A DNA stretch of 55,791 nucleotides, the filler included, from Squatina squatina (Eukaryota): NCBI GenBank assembly GCA_031763465.1. It is 4 parts of 4 records of this genome, joined end to end, with 100 filler letters (N's around TTAATTAATTAA, not from the genome) between each part and the next. Parts side by side here need not be neighbours in the genome. Positions count along the whole stretch, not along the records: positions 16,517 to 29,032 come from JARFOE010000168.1; positions 29,133 to 42,941 come from JARFOE010000046.1; 2 more parts are not named here. One strand, 5' to 3'. Below the pieces are notes generated by a model, which was not told the DNA's origin, ran no database searches, and worked only from the letters and a program-made list of their open reading frames with translations. Position 1 is the stretch's first letter. Each line of letters opens with the position of its first letter. This document shows positions 23,859-37,016 of this stretch, in pieces. The position numbers and the translations under genes were made by a program.

Positions 23859-25179
23859 GTATCCATGAGGCACACTCTTTGTTTTTAGGTCACTGGTTCC
23901 AAGGTGTCTGTGTTTGTATTTTTATTGTAGTGGCGCGACAGTGCTGCAGTTTTGTAAATTCAAAGGGTAAGAAAATACAATGCCAAGGATGAGTCAGTTC
24001 TCCTGCGCCTTCTGGTGTTTTGTCAGCCTGCTTTAATGGAGTAATGCAATTAATGAAAGTGTTACACGAAGCACAGCTAGGAGTAGGTAGAATAACTTCT
24101 GTTTTACAGGAATGCGCTATAATGTGTGTAGTTAATGCAGGGTCAGACTGCTTCTGTCGCTGGATGTCCAGCAATTTTCCCCTTCAACTTTGAGCTCTGC
24201 CTACTTGGGTACTCCAGATTGTATAGGAATATCACTTCTAAGTTGAAGGGGCAGGGTCTTTAGTGCTGAGCAACTCTTTCTTCACTGAGGTGTAGCAGAA
24301 ACATAATGGCCAATTGAGAGCTGAAAGTGATCTAAATCTATAGAAATGTACTTTTGAGCTTTTTTTTTCTAATGGGAAGCAGACAGGGGTGGGATCTAAC
24401 TTAGAACAGTCGTGGAAAAAGTGTGTAAAATCACTGACCACGAATAGACATGGTTACAGCACTGATTTGAGATCAGTGTGGTGATGTTTATGTCCTTAAG
24501 AACTACCCATCCTCTATACAAATACACATTCCTCTGGAATCCCCAAATGCATTGTTTTTAATGCAGGGAATGTGGGTGATCAACATTTTAGAGTTAAAAC
24601 TAAATTGGCATCATGAGAATCCTGCCCAGTTTCCATTATCATTCACAGACCGAGCTAAATATTTGTGATCACTACTAATATGCACCAAATTTGCAATCCA
24701 TTAGATAATTAAACTAATTTTTTTGTTAAATATCTGGTTTTACAGTGCACACACTTGAGCAAATGACTAGTGACTTTCACACTGAAAGGTGAGAATATGC
24801 AAATTTAATACAAGTTGAAAGCATTAACCTGTAAACTGCTAGCACATTCATTGACCTTCCAGTTTGCCTGGGCCAACTCTTGATTTAGTTTGTGTACAGG
24901 CTGAAACATGAATACTGTAAGTTACTCAAACAGTGATTTGTGATCACTGGCTTACCTGCAAACTAATTGCTAAAACAATTATGCTTTTTAAATGGGCAAT
25001 TTACCAGTGCTCACCAACTTTTCCTCCAATTCTCAACTGTTTGCTTCTGTCCTGATTTGTATTTTAACTTACTATATATTTATTAGCTAAGTATCATCTG
25101 CCTATTAATTTTCCCCCATGTTTCCTAGCTAAGATCTTTCCCACTCATTTCTCTTTCCACTGCTGGCACCATCGGGAAA

Positions 25180-25734
25180 TTGCAGCCAAATTGCACTTGA
25201 AATTGTGCTAGTTCGGTTACGCTTCGAACTTCTGTTGAAATTCATTTGCATAATCACAATGGTAAAATCTTCCATGAACCAACGAAATGTAAAAGAACGC
25301 AATTTTTTTTTCTTTCCATCAAAAAGGTTTCCATGATGTATTTAAGAGTGGTAAGCTGGTGCAGTTTTGCCAATGAAACCGGAAATGGGTTTATCACCAA
25401 AAGTAAGCGGGCGGCCAATTCGTCCTATTTTTGGGGCATAAAACTAGCGTTCAATGGGCGTTAACGGCCTAACGCCAATTTTTGGCGTTAAATTTGATGA
25501 AGGAAAATTCGTCTTCCATTAACACTAGTGCTAAATGGACGTTAAACTTTTAGGGCTGGAAACTCAGTGTGCAGCGCTATGATGTCATCAGTAGGCGCAA
25601 CTCCCAAAATGGCCGACCGCAGACAAATTCGATCAGGCTGCTGAACCTTATAAATAGCGGTGTCAACGCCCATTTTTTGGGGCGTCAACACCCATTTTTT
25701 GGGGCGTTGACACCCTCAATCTTATGATTTACAG
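25180..25734. mobile_element. Adjacent MITE-like fragments with subterminal palindromes
   Basis: GGGCTGGAAACTC terminus at 25553; inverted pair GGTGTCAACGCCC (25659-25671) and GGGCGTTGACACC (25702-25714) enclosing a 22-bp direct repeat. Confidence 0.55.
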
Positions 25735-28700
25735 NNNNNNNNNNNNNNNNNNNNNNNNNNNNNNNNNNNNNNNNNNNNNNNNNNNNNNNNNNNNNNNNNN
25801 NNNNNNNNNNNNNNNNNNNNNNNNNNNNNNNNNNCAACTTTATAAACGCAATAAAAATCTGACTTTGAAAAGGATCTGGTCTCTTGAATGTCTTAAACAA
25901 CACACAGATATTCAGGTATTTTCTGCTGACAGGTATTCAAATGCAGGTGCAAAATGTGGCAGTTTATCAATGTTCAGTATTTTTGTTAACTGATGGCATC
26001 TGCATGCATTAAAAAAAAAATAGTGCTCTATTTTAGATGCCATATAATTTTAATAAGACAAGTAGTGCTAAGATCATATTCATTCAAAGGAATTCACAAG
26101 CTAGCAGAACTAACTATTTTCTAGTATGTTTCAGGCAGTGTCTACATTCGTCATCAGTACTCAAGCTTGACTCTTAGCTTTTTAATATTGTCTAACAAAA
26201 GTGATTGGCATGGAGCAGATCTGAGCAGGGTTTATAAGGCAGTGTCTGCACCGCATCTGAGCACAAGCATCAAAGGTGAAAATTGAAGTTCTGGGATGGT
26301 TTAACTTCAAACACAAGATGACATGTTTACAAATGTAAAACCAGCTGAGTAAGAACTTGGTTTTGAAACCGAGCTAAAACTTTTTAGCTAAAGCATTTTG
26401 CTTTCTCTTCGTTCCAGTGGTTGTGAGACAAAGTTGAAATTATTCCTTTGGCTACTAGACTCCTAAGCTTAAATAGNNNNNNNNNNNNNNNNNNNNNNNN
26501 NNNNNNNNNNNNNNNNNNNNNNNNNNNNNNNNNNNNNNNNNNNNNNNNNNNNNNNNNNNNNNNNNNNNNNNNNNNNTTTGTATTCCAGTCTGTCTAAACT
26601 CTCGGATAGTTAGCATGGCAAGGGTTTAATCAGATCAGCAATTAAAACCTTGCTGTCTGTTGATAACTAGAAGTTAGTAGGTAGAACTATAACTGAAGTG
26701 GAAAATAGGAATTTTAATTATTTCTACTGTGGAAATGAACAGTGCTTCTCTGCTGTCCTTGAAGCTTGCCTTTCTTTAGAGCATTGGTGCTCAATTGTAT
26801 AGCAATTTCTTGACATACTGAAGACTTATAGTTGTGATGAGCTCTATTGGATTTGGTCCAGCTTTGCTTCCAAGTACAGTTCTGGCTGCTACTCCAGCAC
26901 ATAATTGCACAAGAATTCAAGTCCAGCTGCTGCACCTGAACTACCTGTGACATTTCAGTATGTTCACCTGTTCTACAGCAATCTTAATCCCAGCAATTTG
27001 TTGGCAATATGCCCATGTTTAATAGGAAATAGTTGAAGCATGTTATGGTTTAAATACTGAATTCTAGCTCCCATTAAGTCACTGAAATTGAGAAAAGTGT
27101 AACTGAAAACAGTTAAAGGAGCTCTGTTATGTGGACTTGTCTCTGGTTTAATATTGGCTGCTATTTTTGTTAACTTCTGTCCTAGCTGGGTGTTGATTTT
27201 GGATCCCTAGACTGGTTTCTTATGGGTTTTGTTCCATTTCCCCATGTGAATTCTGGTGCTTCTGTATATTAATCTCACCCAGTGAAAGAACATCATTACA
27301 CGGTAGGAAGGAGTTAGACAGGAAGTTGCAGTATGGTATACTGATACAGCTGAGGGAGTAGTCTTAAATTCTGTATTTGTAGTTGTAAATCTGTTGCTCT
27401 CCTTTTTGCACAACCAATATGTCTTCAGAAAATAATTGGGGCCTGGAGAATATAATTTGACCTAAGGAATAAGATATTATAAACTCATGGCCCATCTCAT
27501 TGCTTGGAACTTTACCACTCGAGTTGTAATCATTGCCCTGAGTGGGATATAAATTGTGTATCTCAGATCTTGAGGTATCTATTAACAAATGTTCATTGGT
27601 TTATGGACTGGTTTCTGGTGATTTCNNNNNNNNNNNNNNNNNNNNNNNNNNNNNNNNNNNNNNNNNNNNNNNNNNNNNNNNNNNNNNNNNNNNNNNNNNN
27701 NNNNNNNNNNNNNNNNNNNNNNNNNCTTTATGCCGAGAGAGAGACAGGGTGCAGTGGTCTTAGGATTTAAACTCATCTGCTGTATGCAAAATCAATCTCA
27801 TGTTGGTGGAGCACAAGTGAGGTTGGGGTGGGGGGAAAAGGGAAGTGGGAATGGGCGGTGCGCTGGGCTCTGCAGTGCTGATCTGTATATAATTTATAGT
27901 CTATTTTAAGTTTGAATCGCTGCTCGGCGCTGGTCCTGTGATGTGTCCGAATGAATTTCTTGTAGAACGAGTCTCCATCTGACGATGGCGCAAAGTGTAT
28001 CCAACAAGAAACGCTTCATTAAAAAAAAACCTTGGCCGGAGCCCAGCCCCCGTCTCTTTATTTCTCCAATCTCATTTCACATTTTTAAACTCTGTGGGCT
28101 GGGAAGGGTGGGCAGTTGCAGTAAAGAGGCTAATTTGTGGGATTAAAGTTGAATGCGAGCTGGGATTGGGAGGCAGACGTGGTGCTGAATACAAATTGGC
28201 AGCAGCACCACACACACAGGCAGCTGCAATATCAGCAGGAACAGGGCGTGCTGAGGCGGAGAGGGGGCTCGGCAGCCCCGGCCAGCCCCGGCTCCTGGAC
28301 TCCCGGGCAGGACAGTTGCAGGTGGGGAGAGAGAGCCAGCAACCTTTCGGGCTTTGTGCTGCCAGCTCTCCCTCCCTTAAGCTTAAAGTCTGTGTCTCCC
28401 CCTCGCCCATCCCCAGCCCTTCCTCTGAATTATTTATCGAGTGCGGGGCGGATCAATTTGTAACTGCGGCAGGGAAAAAGCCAGGCTCGGTAGCCATGTG
28501 NNNNNNNNAGAAGGAAATAAAGGGGAGGGGGAAAGTGAAGGAAGAAAAGGGGAGAGAAGAAAGGAAGGGGGGAAAGAGAAGGATAGGGGGTGGGGGCAAC
28601 TGTGGAGCTCGCTGCCTGTCCTGGGGAGGGAGGGGGGAGAAGCGGTCAAGGGTCCGGTCAGCACGGGCCACACTGTCCCCACCCCCCTCCCCCGGGGGCA

Positions 28701-28783
28701 GAGGCAAGGGGAAGCGGGTCAGTGAGTGAGAGGTGCCCGGGGACACGCTGCAGCCGGACAGCAGCGAGCAGAGCCTGCGCTGG

Positions 28784-28840
28784 ATGCTCCTCACCGCCAA
28801 CACCATGATCTTCATGTTGGTCGGGACGTCGCTGGTGATG
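28784..28840 (+). CDS. TMEM240: TMEM240 first coding exon
   Basis: ATG...GTGATG|gtaagg. MLLTANTMIFMLVGTSLVM resembles human MSMSANTMIFMILGASVVM. Lies downstream of SSU72 on the same strand, as at human 1p36. Confidence 0.92.
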
Positions 28841-29015
28841 GTAAGGAGGCCGCATGCTGTGTTGCGGTCATTTGCATGAGTCTGGCGGCGGCGGCCGCCC
28901 CGGGAAACCTGCCCAGCTTTTCTCCCTCTTCTCCTTCTAATCGCCGCTGCCGCCGCTTGTTGTTGTCGCCCCGGCCTCACCCTCTGCTCTGCCTTTGCTT
29001 GTCGGCTCTTCACAG

Positions 29016-29032
29016 GCGATAGCTTGCATCGT
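29016..29032 (+). CDS. TMEM240: TMEM240 exon 2 start, truncated by scaffold end
   Basis: cacag|GCGATAGCTTGCATCGT = AIACI(V), continuing human AIACLM after a 175-nt intron. Confidence 0.85.
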
Positions 29033-29132
29033 NNNNNNNNNNNNNNNNNNNNNNNNNNNNNNNNNNNNNNNNNNNNTTAATTAATTAANNNNNNNNNNNN
29101 NNNNNNNNNNNNNNNNNNNNNNNNNNNNNNNN
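29033..29132. other. Artificial scaffold-joining linker
   Basis: 44 N + TTAATTAATTAA (29077-29088) + 44 N; it cuts TMEM240 exon 2. Confidence 0.95.
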
Positions 29133-30499
29133 CAAACTGTCATTTGTCCTGAAAATAATTTTTGCATCTTTGTGGGGCTGGGAACATTTCTTCTCAATAA
29201 GTTTTCTCGTTTCAATCTATCATCAATGATTGTGCTGTGGAGAAATGACATGAGTGATCTATGGGGCTGATGGCATTTTAATGGATTGTAATTAGTTTTC
29301 ATTTGTAGCTGCAGTGTTGCCCTGGAGACCCCAGCTTAAATCTAGCCCAAGGATAATAGATGAAAGTTGCTTATTTCATAATGGCTGATCAAGATCTGCA
29401 GTTAACTGTGTTTTGCTGGACTGGTATCACATTTAGAGAAGAAAACAAAAGATGGATCAATACTGTTTTGGTCCCAGTGCAAAGCTGTAGTGATGTTGTA
29501 TTTATATTACAATGAGGGAATTGAAACACAGCTCAGAGTCTCACCTGCCACTATCTGCTAGTTATTTTTCCAGCCACTTGCCAGTGTCACAGGCACCATC
29601 CGACGAGCAACATTCAAGGAGGGAGCAGGACTGAGGAACAGTGTGCATACACAATTGGACCTGACACCACTGAGATTACTCAGTAGCCAACGGGAGAGTG
29701 GAATTTGAGGTGGCAGGCGAGGATCTGCCTATAGAACCATACTAGAACATTGATTGCAGCCTTCAGTCATTCCACATTTCAGGAGTTTGTGACCTTTTAT
29801 CCAGAGAAACAATTTTAAGTTACATTTATGCTTTGTGCTTTAAAGGAAAGTATATACACACAAGTTTTAAGAAAAGGCGCTAGGAAAGGAAGCTGATTAA
29901 TATGCTGATTAACGAGGTTTTGAAGTTGTTGCCTCAAAGACTAAATAGTAAGCAATTTCCTAACCAGTCTTGGTATTCCATAAATGTCCCTGATCCTGGG
30001 CACTTGGCAGGCGTTGTCTGCCGTAGACCCTTCCCTCTGGTTGTGAGCACAGCGAGGTAAAAGACAGGTGTAGGCAGTCACGCCGATTTTTAAACAGCAG
30101 CTATGAGGGCAAGTTTTCACCAAGCTCAGGCAGTTCGGATGCATTATGGTAGTTAGAAGTTAATATTGTTTTAAGTACAGCAAGACATTCCACTAATGTG
30201 GGGAAGCAAAGAATGTTGATTGTTTTGAATTATTATGCAAAGATAAATTATAAGGATTGAATTAAGAGATTCCAGTCATAATGTTTGTCCTGTACATTCA
30301 ATTTACTGTGAAATAAAGCAGCTTAACGATTCCTACCTGGGCTTAGCTCATCAAGCCTTTGCTTGGTCTTCCTTCTGAGAGATTGAAGAAGCACAGGTGT
30401 GAAGTCACAAATATCCAGTCTGGATTACAAGGGATACTATTGTTACATCCCTGGGTTATGGACATTGTGACTCGATCCCATAAAAATAAGAAATTCAGC

Positions 30500-31062
30500 T
30501 GGAGTGCTTCCGGGGCGGTATTCCTGCCGGCTCCCGCAAACGTTCGCCTGCTGCGGAATTCGTATTTCCGCGGCAGGAGCGAGGTGCAGCGATGTCCGCC
30601 TCGACCCAGGGTGGAACTGGGGCAGCCGGCCAAGGACATCAGACTCCCTTAAAGGGGAGGTCTGCCGACCATCCTGAAGGTGCCCCTATGGCCCTCCACT
30701 GGGCCACCAGGGAACCTGGCGACCGGTCCACCAGCCTGTCAGTCGCCGTCGGTGTCCCAGTCCAGCCATGGGCTGCCATCGGTTAACTGACCACAGAGTT
30801 GGCTGATAAGTAAAGATGGTGGCTGCCGACATTCCGGACCTCCCCTTTAAGAGTGTCGTTGCAGCACCAGGTTTTGTAGTCGCTCATTTTTATGACGTCA
30901 CGCACTGACCCACCATGGAATTCTCTTGGTGAGGTGCAAAGGCCGGGGGAATTCCCTCGGAGGTGAGATGGCCGCTACTCGGCGCCATTTTCTGCTTTTT
31001 CGCCCCATTAGCGCCCCTTGGAGGTGCTAACGGGGCGAAAACATAGGTTAATTTTGCCCCCT
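30500..31062. mobile_element. GC-rich non-autonomous DNA transposon-like element
   Basis: CpG-rich island ending in TAATTTTGCCCC; its right end is similar to 43240-43290. Confidence 0.6.
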
Positions 31063-31899
31063 CAGATTGTTTACCAGAACAACTGTTTTCACTGAATCCA
31101 AGAAGGTATCTATGGCAAACCTGAATTTGTAAGCCCATAGAGCTAATTTGAACCTAATCTGGCCGACGGGAACAAGCTGAGTTTGAATTTGACACCTGTT
31201 TTACATACCGCCCAATTTTACGCTTCATTGAAGCCATGGAACATAAAACCAGGTGGGGTGTAAAATTGGCATCTGATCTGAACCCACCCACTTCTAGCCG
31301 CTGGGTTAGATTAAAATCAAGACTCGTGTATTTTAATTCCTGGTGATAGCTGATGTACTTCATCAATTAATCATGGTTTTCAGATTCAAGAAACTATTTG
31401 CTGAGAAGGCCTGAAATGAAATTTGAGCTTGGGTTGATGTTATCTAACGATTACATCACTTCCGTTTGTTGTTCGGATTATAAGAATGGATGTAATATGG
31501 GGTGCAATTCACAAAATGATTCATCAGAAAGACAAACTAATCATTAGATTCAATGCAGCATTCAGAGGGATAGGTNNNNNNNNNNCTGTGTTCATTGGGA
31601 TTCAGTTGTTTTAAAAATAAGCCTGAAAGCATGGCTTATAAAAACCAAATATGCGTTTTTTTTTTAAAAAGCTAAGATTGATAGGGGTGAAAACTGCGTA
31701 GTCATCTTCTGACAGGAACAGAAAGTAAATGTATGCAAGGGGGAAGTTACTGAGCAACAAACTGTACTTCAGATTTTTCAGTTAAAAAAAAAATTCAAAA
31801 CGGCAGATAAAAAGACAAAACGTAAATCAAAATTAAGATGCTAGAAACACACACTTGGCCAATCAGTACTCGTACGGGTTTATGTTTATCCTTTATCAT

Positions 31900-32270
31900 A
31901 ACATGAGAATTATGCAGTTAAAAGATACTTAAGAGGAGGAAAGCCATTTGATCCATCATAATTAATCCATCCAGAACGATCCTGCATTTCACCGCCCCCT
32001 CCTCACCATTGTTACCTCTAATTGTTTCTTAAATAATATCTGGGTTTTTGCCTTCACCATTCTCTCTGGAAGCCTATTCTAGATGTTGATCACTCACTGT
32101 GTGAAGAAAATCATCTTATTATCAGTCTTTATCTTTTACTAGTTTGAATCTGTGCCCCCTTGTCTTACTCTCACAACTTAAATTAAAAAATTGAACTTTT
32201 TCCATGCCATTTACTGTGCTATGCACCTCGATAAGGAGGTCTCCTTTCCAGATGAAAGGCTTGAGGGGTT
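31900..32270 (-). mobile_element. Degenerate CR1 3' fragment
   Basis: CCTTCACCATTCTCTCTGGAAGCCTATTCTAGATGTTGATCACTCACTGTGTGAAGAA is the reverse of the FFTQRV...NxLP region. Confidence 0.6.
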
Positions 32271-32739
32271 CCTATTGGTCTCCTCAAAAAGGCCTTTGCG
32301 CCCACTGGCGGCGCTTCCACTGTCATTCGCGGAAATGGTGGGGCACTTTTTGACCTCCAAAGAGATTTATNNNNNNNNNNNNNNNNNNNNNNNNNNNNNN
32401 NNNNNNNNNNNNNNNNNNNNNNNNNNNNNNNNNNNNNNNNNNNNNNNNNNNNNNNNNNNNNNNNNNNNNNAAAAAAAGGCTCCCATAGCCCACACCCTTG
32501 TAGTCGTCCTGAAAGTCAGGCCAGTCTTGACCCCTGCATGTATAGGGATGTGCATGCATATACTGATAAAATATTGGGGAAGCAGTACCTGCTTCTCCCT
32601 GCCCACTTGTCTAATCCCTGAAGTAAACGACAGTGCTGTAATTGGACATCTCTGGTGGAAAGCTCTCAAATGCAAATCTTGAGATTCAATTTGACCCTTG
32701 TAAATCACAGGGAGACTTCGTTGAAAGTTTAAACTCATT

Positions 32740-32960
32740 CCACAAAGTAACAAAGCATCCATTCAGCCTATTTGATCTTCCAGAATACCAACCTTGCCAT
32801 CTTTCCACTACAACATCCAATTGTTTATTAAATGGGTCCAGTGTTTTAGCCTCAACCACTCTTTCTGGCAATTTGTTCCAGCTGCTGATCATCCTTTGTG
32901 TAAAGAAATACTTCCTGACTCTCTGAAAAGCCTTTTGAAAAATCTTGAGCTGTACAATTG
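32740..32960 (-). mobile_element. CR1 3' fragment
   Basis: ORF 32686-32973 reads RVRKYFFTQRMISSWNKLPERVVEAKTLDPFNKQLD. Confidence 0.8.
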
Positions 32961-35039
32961 GAAATTGAGGCATTAGTTATTATTATTGCTATTTAAATTC
33001 TACATCTGTAATTAATATTTCCGCGTAGAACTGACAATAGGCTGTGCAATTGAACATAACAACCCACTTGAACAGGCATTTTGAGGGAACTTGCAAATCG
33101 TGGTTTACCCAAAGCTTCAGTTGCACATTAATCCTCCTGTATACACGCATGGCATCAGGAAATTCCTGAGTTTTGAGATGTCACTAAAATTAACATTTTA
33201 TTTGTGCTGTAATAGAAGGGGATTTTCTGTTGCATTAGAAGAACTACATTCAGAAAGCCAGAAACTCCTGGTCTCCTCTCTGGTTGCTAACCAGCAATTG
33301 ACCACTATTACCAACTGAGTAAAAACTGTAAAGATCCTTCCAAAGCGGCTAATGGCTGCAAATGGAAATCTGTGTCATGGAACTAAATATTGGTATTAAA
33401 GTGATACTCCGCAAAGACCTATAATGGACTCGTCTTAGAATAATTATTTGTAAGAAATGAGAACTTTTGGGAGAATACATATATTTTGTGTCAGCATAAA
33501 TGTAGAATATGTACTTTGTACTTGGGAGGCCTGATCAAAGCCACCATTCCTACATGAGACAATGTGTAATGTAACTGAAGTTGAATATGTGCCCATGTGA
33601 CAAGTCACTTACATAGAATTACACAGAATATACAACACAGAAACAGGCCATTCNNNNNNNNNNNNNNNNNNNNNNNNNNNNNNNNNNNNNNNNNNNNNNN
33701 NNNNNNNNNNNNNNNNNNNNNNNNNNNNNNNNNNNNNNNNNNNNNNNNNNNNNAGACGCTTTTGGAAACTCTGAAAAGAATGAAGCAGCTGCATTTGTTC
33801 AAAAAAAGAATGGAGGAAGTCCAGTCAAGTACAAGTACATTATGATCAGATTGAAAGTTGTGTCAGCCATTCCAAATTGGATCCTTGGTCCTCTTGCACC
33901 GTATTTTGAGCCTAATATGTTAGCTGTCCAGCCAGACCCAGAACTCATTTTGCAGAGCTCAGTATCTTTACTGGAAGCTGCAGAATGAATTGTTCCTTTC
34001 AGTGTGGCCACTGCAAACCGCTCAATGATTGCAGCCTTGGATACTTGTGCTACATTTTTTTCTCTTTCTCAATGTATAGACACAGCAATGCATCACATTC
34101 ACTTGTACATATTAGAAAACTTACATTTGAGTAATAGGTGTCATTTCGCAGCACGACAAAATGTTTTCCATCTTTTAGCTGTGATGCATTCTGCGGCTAC
34201 ATTTCCACCACGCTTTTTATAGTTCAATCATTTTTATGTTTGTACTCTGGGTACTGTTCCATAAGATTTCACTTAGTATTGTTTACCAGAACAGAATTAC
34301 TTTTCAAAAATAGCACTGTTCTGAGCTATTATATACTTTGGTGTGGTAAATTTGATTTTTCTGTTTGTGTAACATGGAATTTTTTTTGTTGGAAACTAAT
34401 CTTGAATTAAACACAGTTTTGTGTTATGATTGAAAACTTTCTTGATTTGATGCCCCATCCTGTTTATTTTTGGATCGCGATGTGTCTTTTTAAACCAATA
34501 AACCGCTTCACTCAGCTGCTCCTGTCTCTGTGTTGAGTATTTTCAAAATACTCCACAACAATTGGCATGTGTGCCCATTTACAGGCAGAGATACATATTA
34601 CTCCAAATGTCAGAGCTGCAGTACCTCTGAGAGCAATTCACAAGAGAAGCCATGGCAGAATAATGCAGCACGCTCCAGCATGGCCTACAGCCAAACCCCT
34701 CCACAGACAAAATGCTCAAGGTTACAACCACCATGAAATTTAATGATCATGTCAGGCTGCCATCAGGGGCATCAGCAACATAAGGTAATCGGTTATTCAC
34801 AGATATATAAAACTAGTGACCGTTGCATTGTTTGCTCGGGTAAACAACTTCATCACCTTCCCTGTGCATCATCAGCAGCAACATAAGAGGGTTGTACACA
34901 TTCAAAGAGTGTAGATTCGGGAAGATTTGTACTCCACTACAAGTATTGGAATAGTGGAATGCCTTAAAATGAAGGCATCAAGGAAGCTAGCTTACTTATT
35001 CCAGTGCTAATGATCACAAGCAAACTGAACATTTGCCAC

Positions 35040-35274
35040 TACACAACTTGAATTTATATACTTCTTTAACGTAGAAAAAAAACATCCACAGGCACTTAAC
35101 AGTAGAGAAATCAGAGAAAAATCAACCAAGCCAAAGAAGCAGATCTTAGGAGGGCTGACGAAAATCTTTGTCAAAGAAGTCGGTTTTATACAAGGTATTA
35201 AAGGAGAAGAGGGAGGTGAAAAGCTGGAGAGTTGTAGGGAGGAATTCCAGAGCATAGGACTGATATGAAACAGG
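35040..35274 (-). mobile_element. L2 LINE 3' end
   Basis: Reverse complement of the 21350-21583 type tail (ACAACTTGAATTTATATA...AGGGAGGAATTCCAGAGC). Confidence 0.75.
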
Positions 35275-35382
35275 NNNNNNNNNNNNNNNNNNNNNNNNNN
35301 NNNNNNNNNNNNNNNNNNNNNNNNNNNNNNNNNNNNNNNNNNNNNNNNNNNNNNNNNNNNNNNNNNNNNNNNNNCCCCACCG

Positions 35383-35758
35383 GGAGGTCTGATTGCTCTG
35401 CTGCTTCTCATCTTAATCTTCACAATGGTACTGTATGCCCGCCGGAGATGGTGCAAGAGGCGGCGAGTGCCTCAGAAGAGCGCCAGCACAGAGGCCACTC
35501 ACGAAATTCACTACATCCCCTCCGTGCTGCTGGGACCGCAGGCCAGGGACAGCTTTCGCAACTCTCGGATACAGGCCCATAATTCAGTGGTCGGAATGCC
35601 TATCCGAGAGACGCCCATCCTGGATGATTACGACTGCGAAGAAGAGGACAACCAACTTCGGCCCGAAGCATGCAACAGAGAAGATGACTTTGGAAGTCAG
35701 GTGACCCGTACACTGGAGAGCCTGGGGCGAGCAGAAGAGGAGAAACCAAGTTTTGCAG
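35383..35758 (+). CDS. ASTN2: Astrotactin-2 exon (first transmembrane helix and cytoplasmic loop)
   Basis: [88 protein letters not shown]...; donor GCAG|gttggg. The [11 protein letters not shown] motif favours ASTN2 over ASTN1. Confidence 0.92.
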
Positions 35759-36979
35759 GTTGGGTCCTTTTATTTTTGTTCTTCTTCTCTCCATTAATCT
35801 AGTGCTCCTGTTGAACACTCAATGAGATGCATTAAATTGACACATAATACAAGATGCTCTTGTTTTATGCTTTAAAACTGTAGGCTGGGAGCAGACGTGT
35901 TATATAGAATCTTAGACCTCACACTCTCCCACGATAAAACTTTATTTGACAAATCTTTAAATGTGGACACAGAGCTGACAACATCCAGCAATCACAATGT
36001 CATTGATAAATGGGGTTCCACACAAACAGGCTATTTTCAGACTGCCTGTGGCCAGCCGTTTTAAAGCATAAAAACGTAGACACAAGGGAGCAGTGAGATA
36101 AAACCTGAGGTATATGCGTACTGCGTCTCCATTTACAAACTTGAGGATAATGTGGCAATTAACATAAATTATGTCTGTAGATCCAAAGGACTTTAAGGAG
36201 CAGCAGCTGACTGAAGTGAATAATACCACAGGTGAACCAACATGGCACAAACAGATGTACTTAGAATTTTCATACTGCTCTCTTGCTGATTGTAAAATAA
36301 AACTCCCCAAAATACATCATGAATGTAGAGTGGAAAGAGCACATCATTGTTAGGATACATTGCTGTCCTTCAATCATGTCCCACTTGCATGATTGCCACT
36401 GGTACTTTGTCACTGGTCTTAATCAAGAATATTAGTGTTGATTTCCCACCTTGTTTTGCCTAAGGTTCCATGTTATAGTTTGTCCTATTGTTTAGATTAG
36501 TGATGATACACTCTCGGTGGCTGAGAGCTGCATAAAAGGCCACGAAATTCATGCTGTGGTCTGGTTAGTGGGTGACTTCACTGTGAAGCTCCGACCTAAT
36601 GAGTTTTTTTTCTGGAGGCTAATTGTGAGTAGAGCCAAAACTATTGTATCTCCTTCACACTAACTAATATCACTCGGCCATTGAGCTCTGCGCTCTTGTG
36701 CGGAGTTGGAACAGAAACAGTGTACTGGATAATAAGTATCAAAGAACAGCTACTTCCGAATAAAAATAAGAATTTTGGAACAGAAATGGTCCAGAGAAAA
36801 TTATAATGAAGTTTAAACACGGTTATAGTTTTTCGTGTATGTGTATGTATGAGTCTGAATGAGCACTATCTCTCTACATCCACTGTCATCTGTCTGCAGC
36901 TTATACTTCAATCAGCTTTCAGTCCCTTATAGCATAAACTGTCAGATTGATTGTTATTGCCTTAACTATTAAAAATTAT

Positions 36980-37016
36980 GGCCCTGAAATTGCGACCGGA
37001 GGCTTCCTGCATGCGG
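36980..37016 (+). mobile_element. MITE-like left terminus, rest in gap
   Basis: GGCCCTGAAATTGCGA, same terminus as 14059. Confidence 0.5.

Larger units (their letters stand above)
27850..29032. promoter_or_regulatory. CpG/GC-rich island spanning the TMEM240 promoter, exon 1 and intron 1
   Basis: Visible rise in GC and CpG content against an AT-rich background, immediately around the start codon. Confidence 0.75.

Noticed and set aside
25659-25714. Hairpin resembling an intrinsic terminator or CRISPR repeat
   Set aside because: Only two abutting units with no spacers, inside a MITE end in vertebrate DNA.
27995-29022. Long overlapping ORFs (244, 186 and 98 aa) at TMEM240
   Set aside because: GC-rich, stop-poor CpG island; the real coding part is 28784-28840 plus 29016 onward.
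30343-31138. GC-rich ORFs and possible CpG-island promoter
   Set aside because: Explained by a GC-rich interspersed element that shares sequence with 16192-16416 and 43042-43310.
34585-34784. Exon-like segment between cag and gtaatc in the ASTN2 region
   Set aside because: No frame resembles ASTN2 or any protein I recognise.
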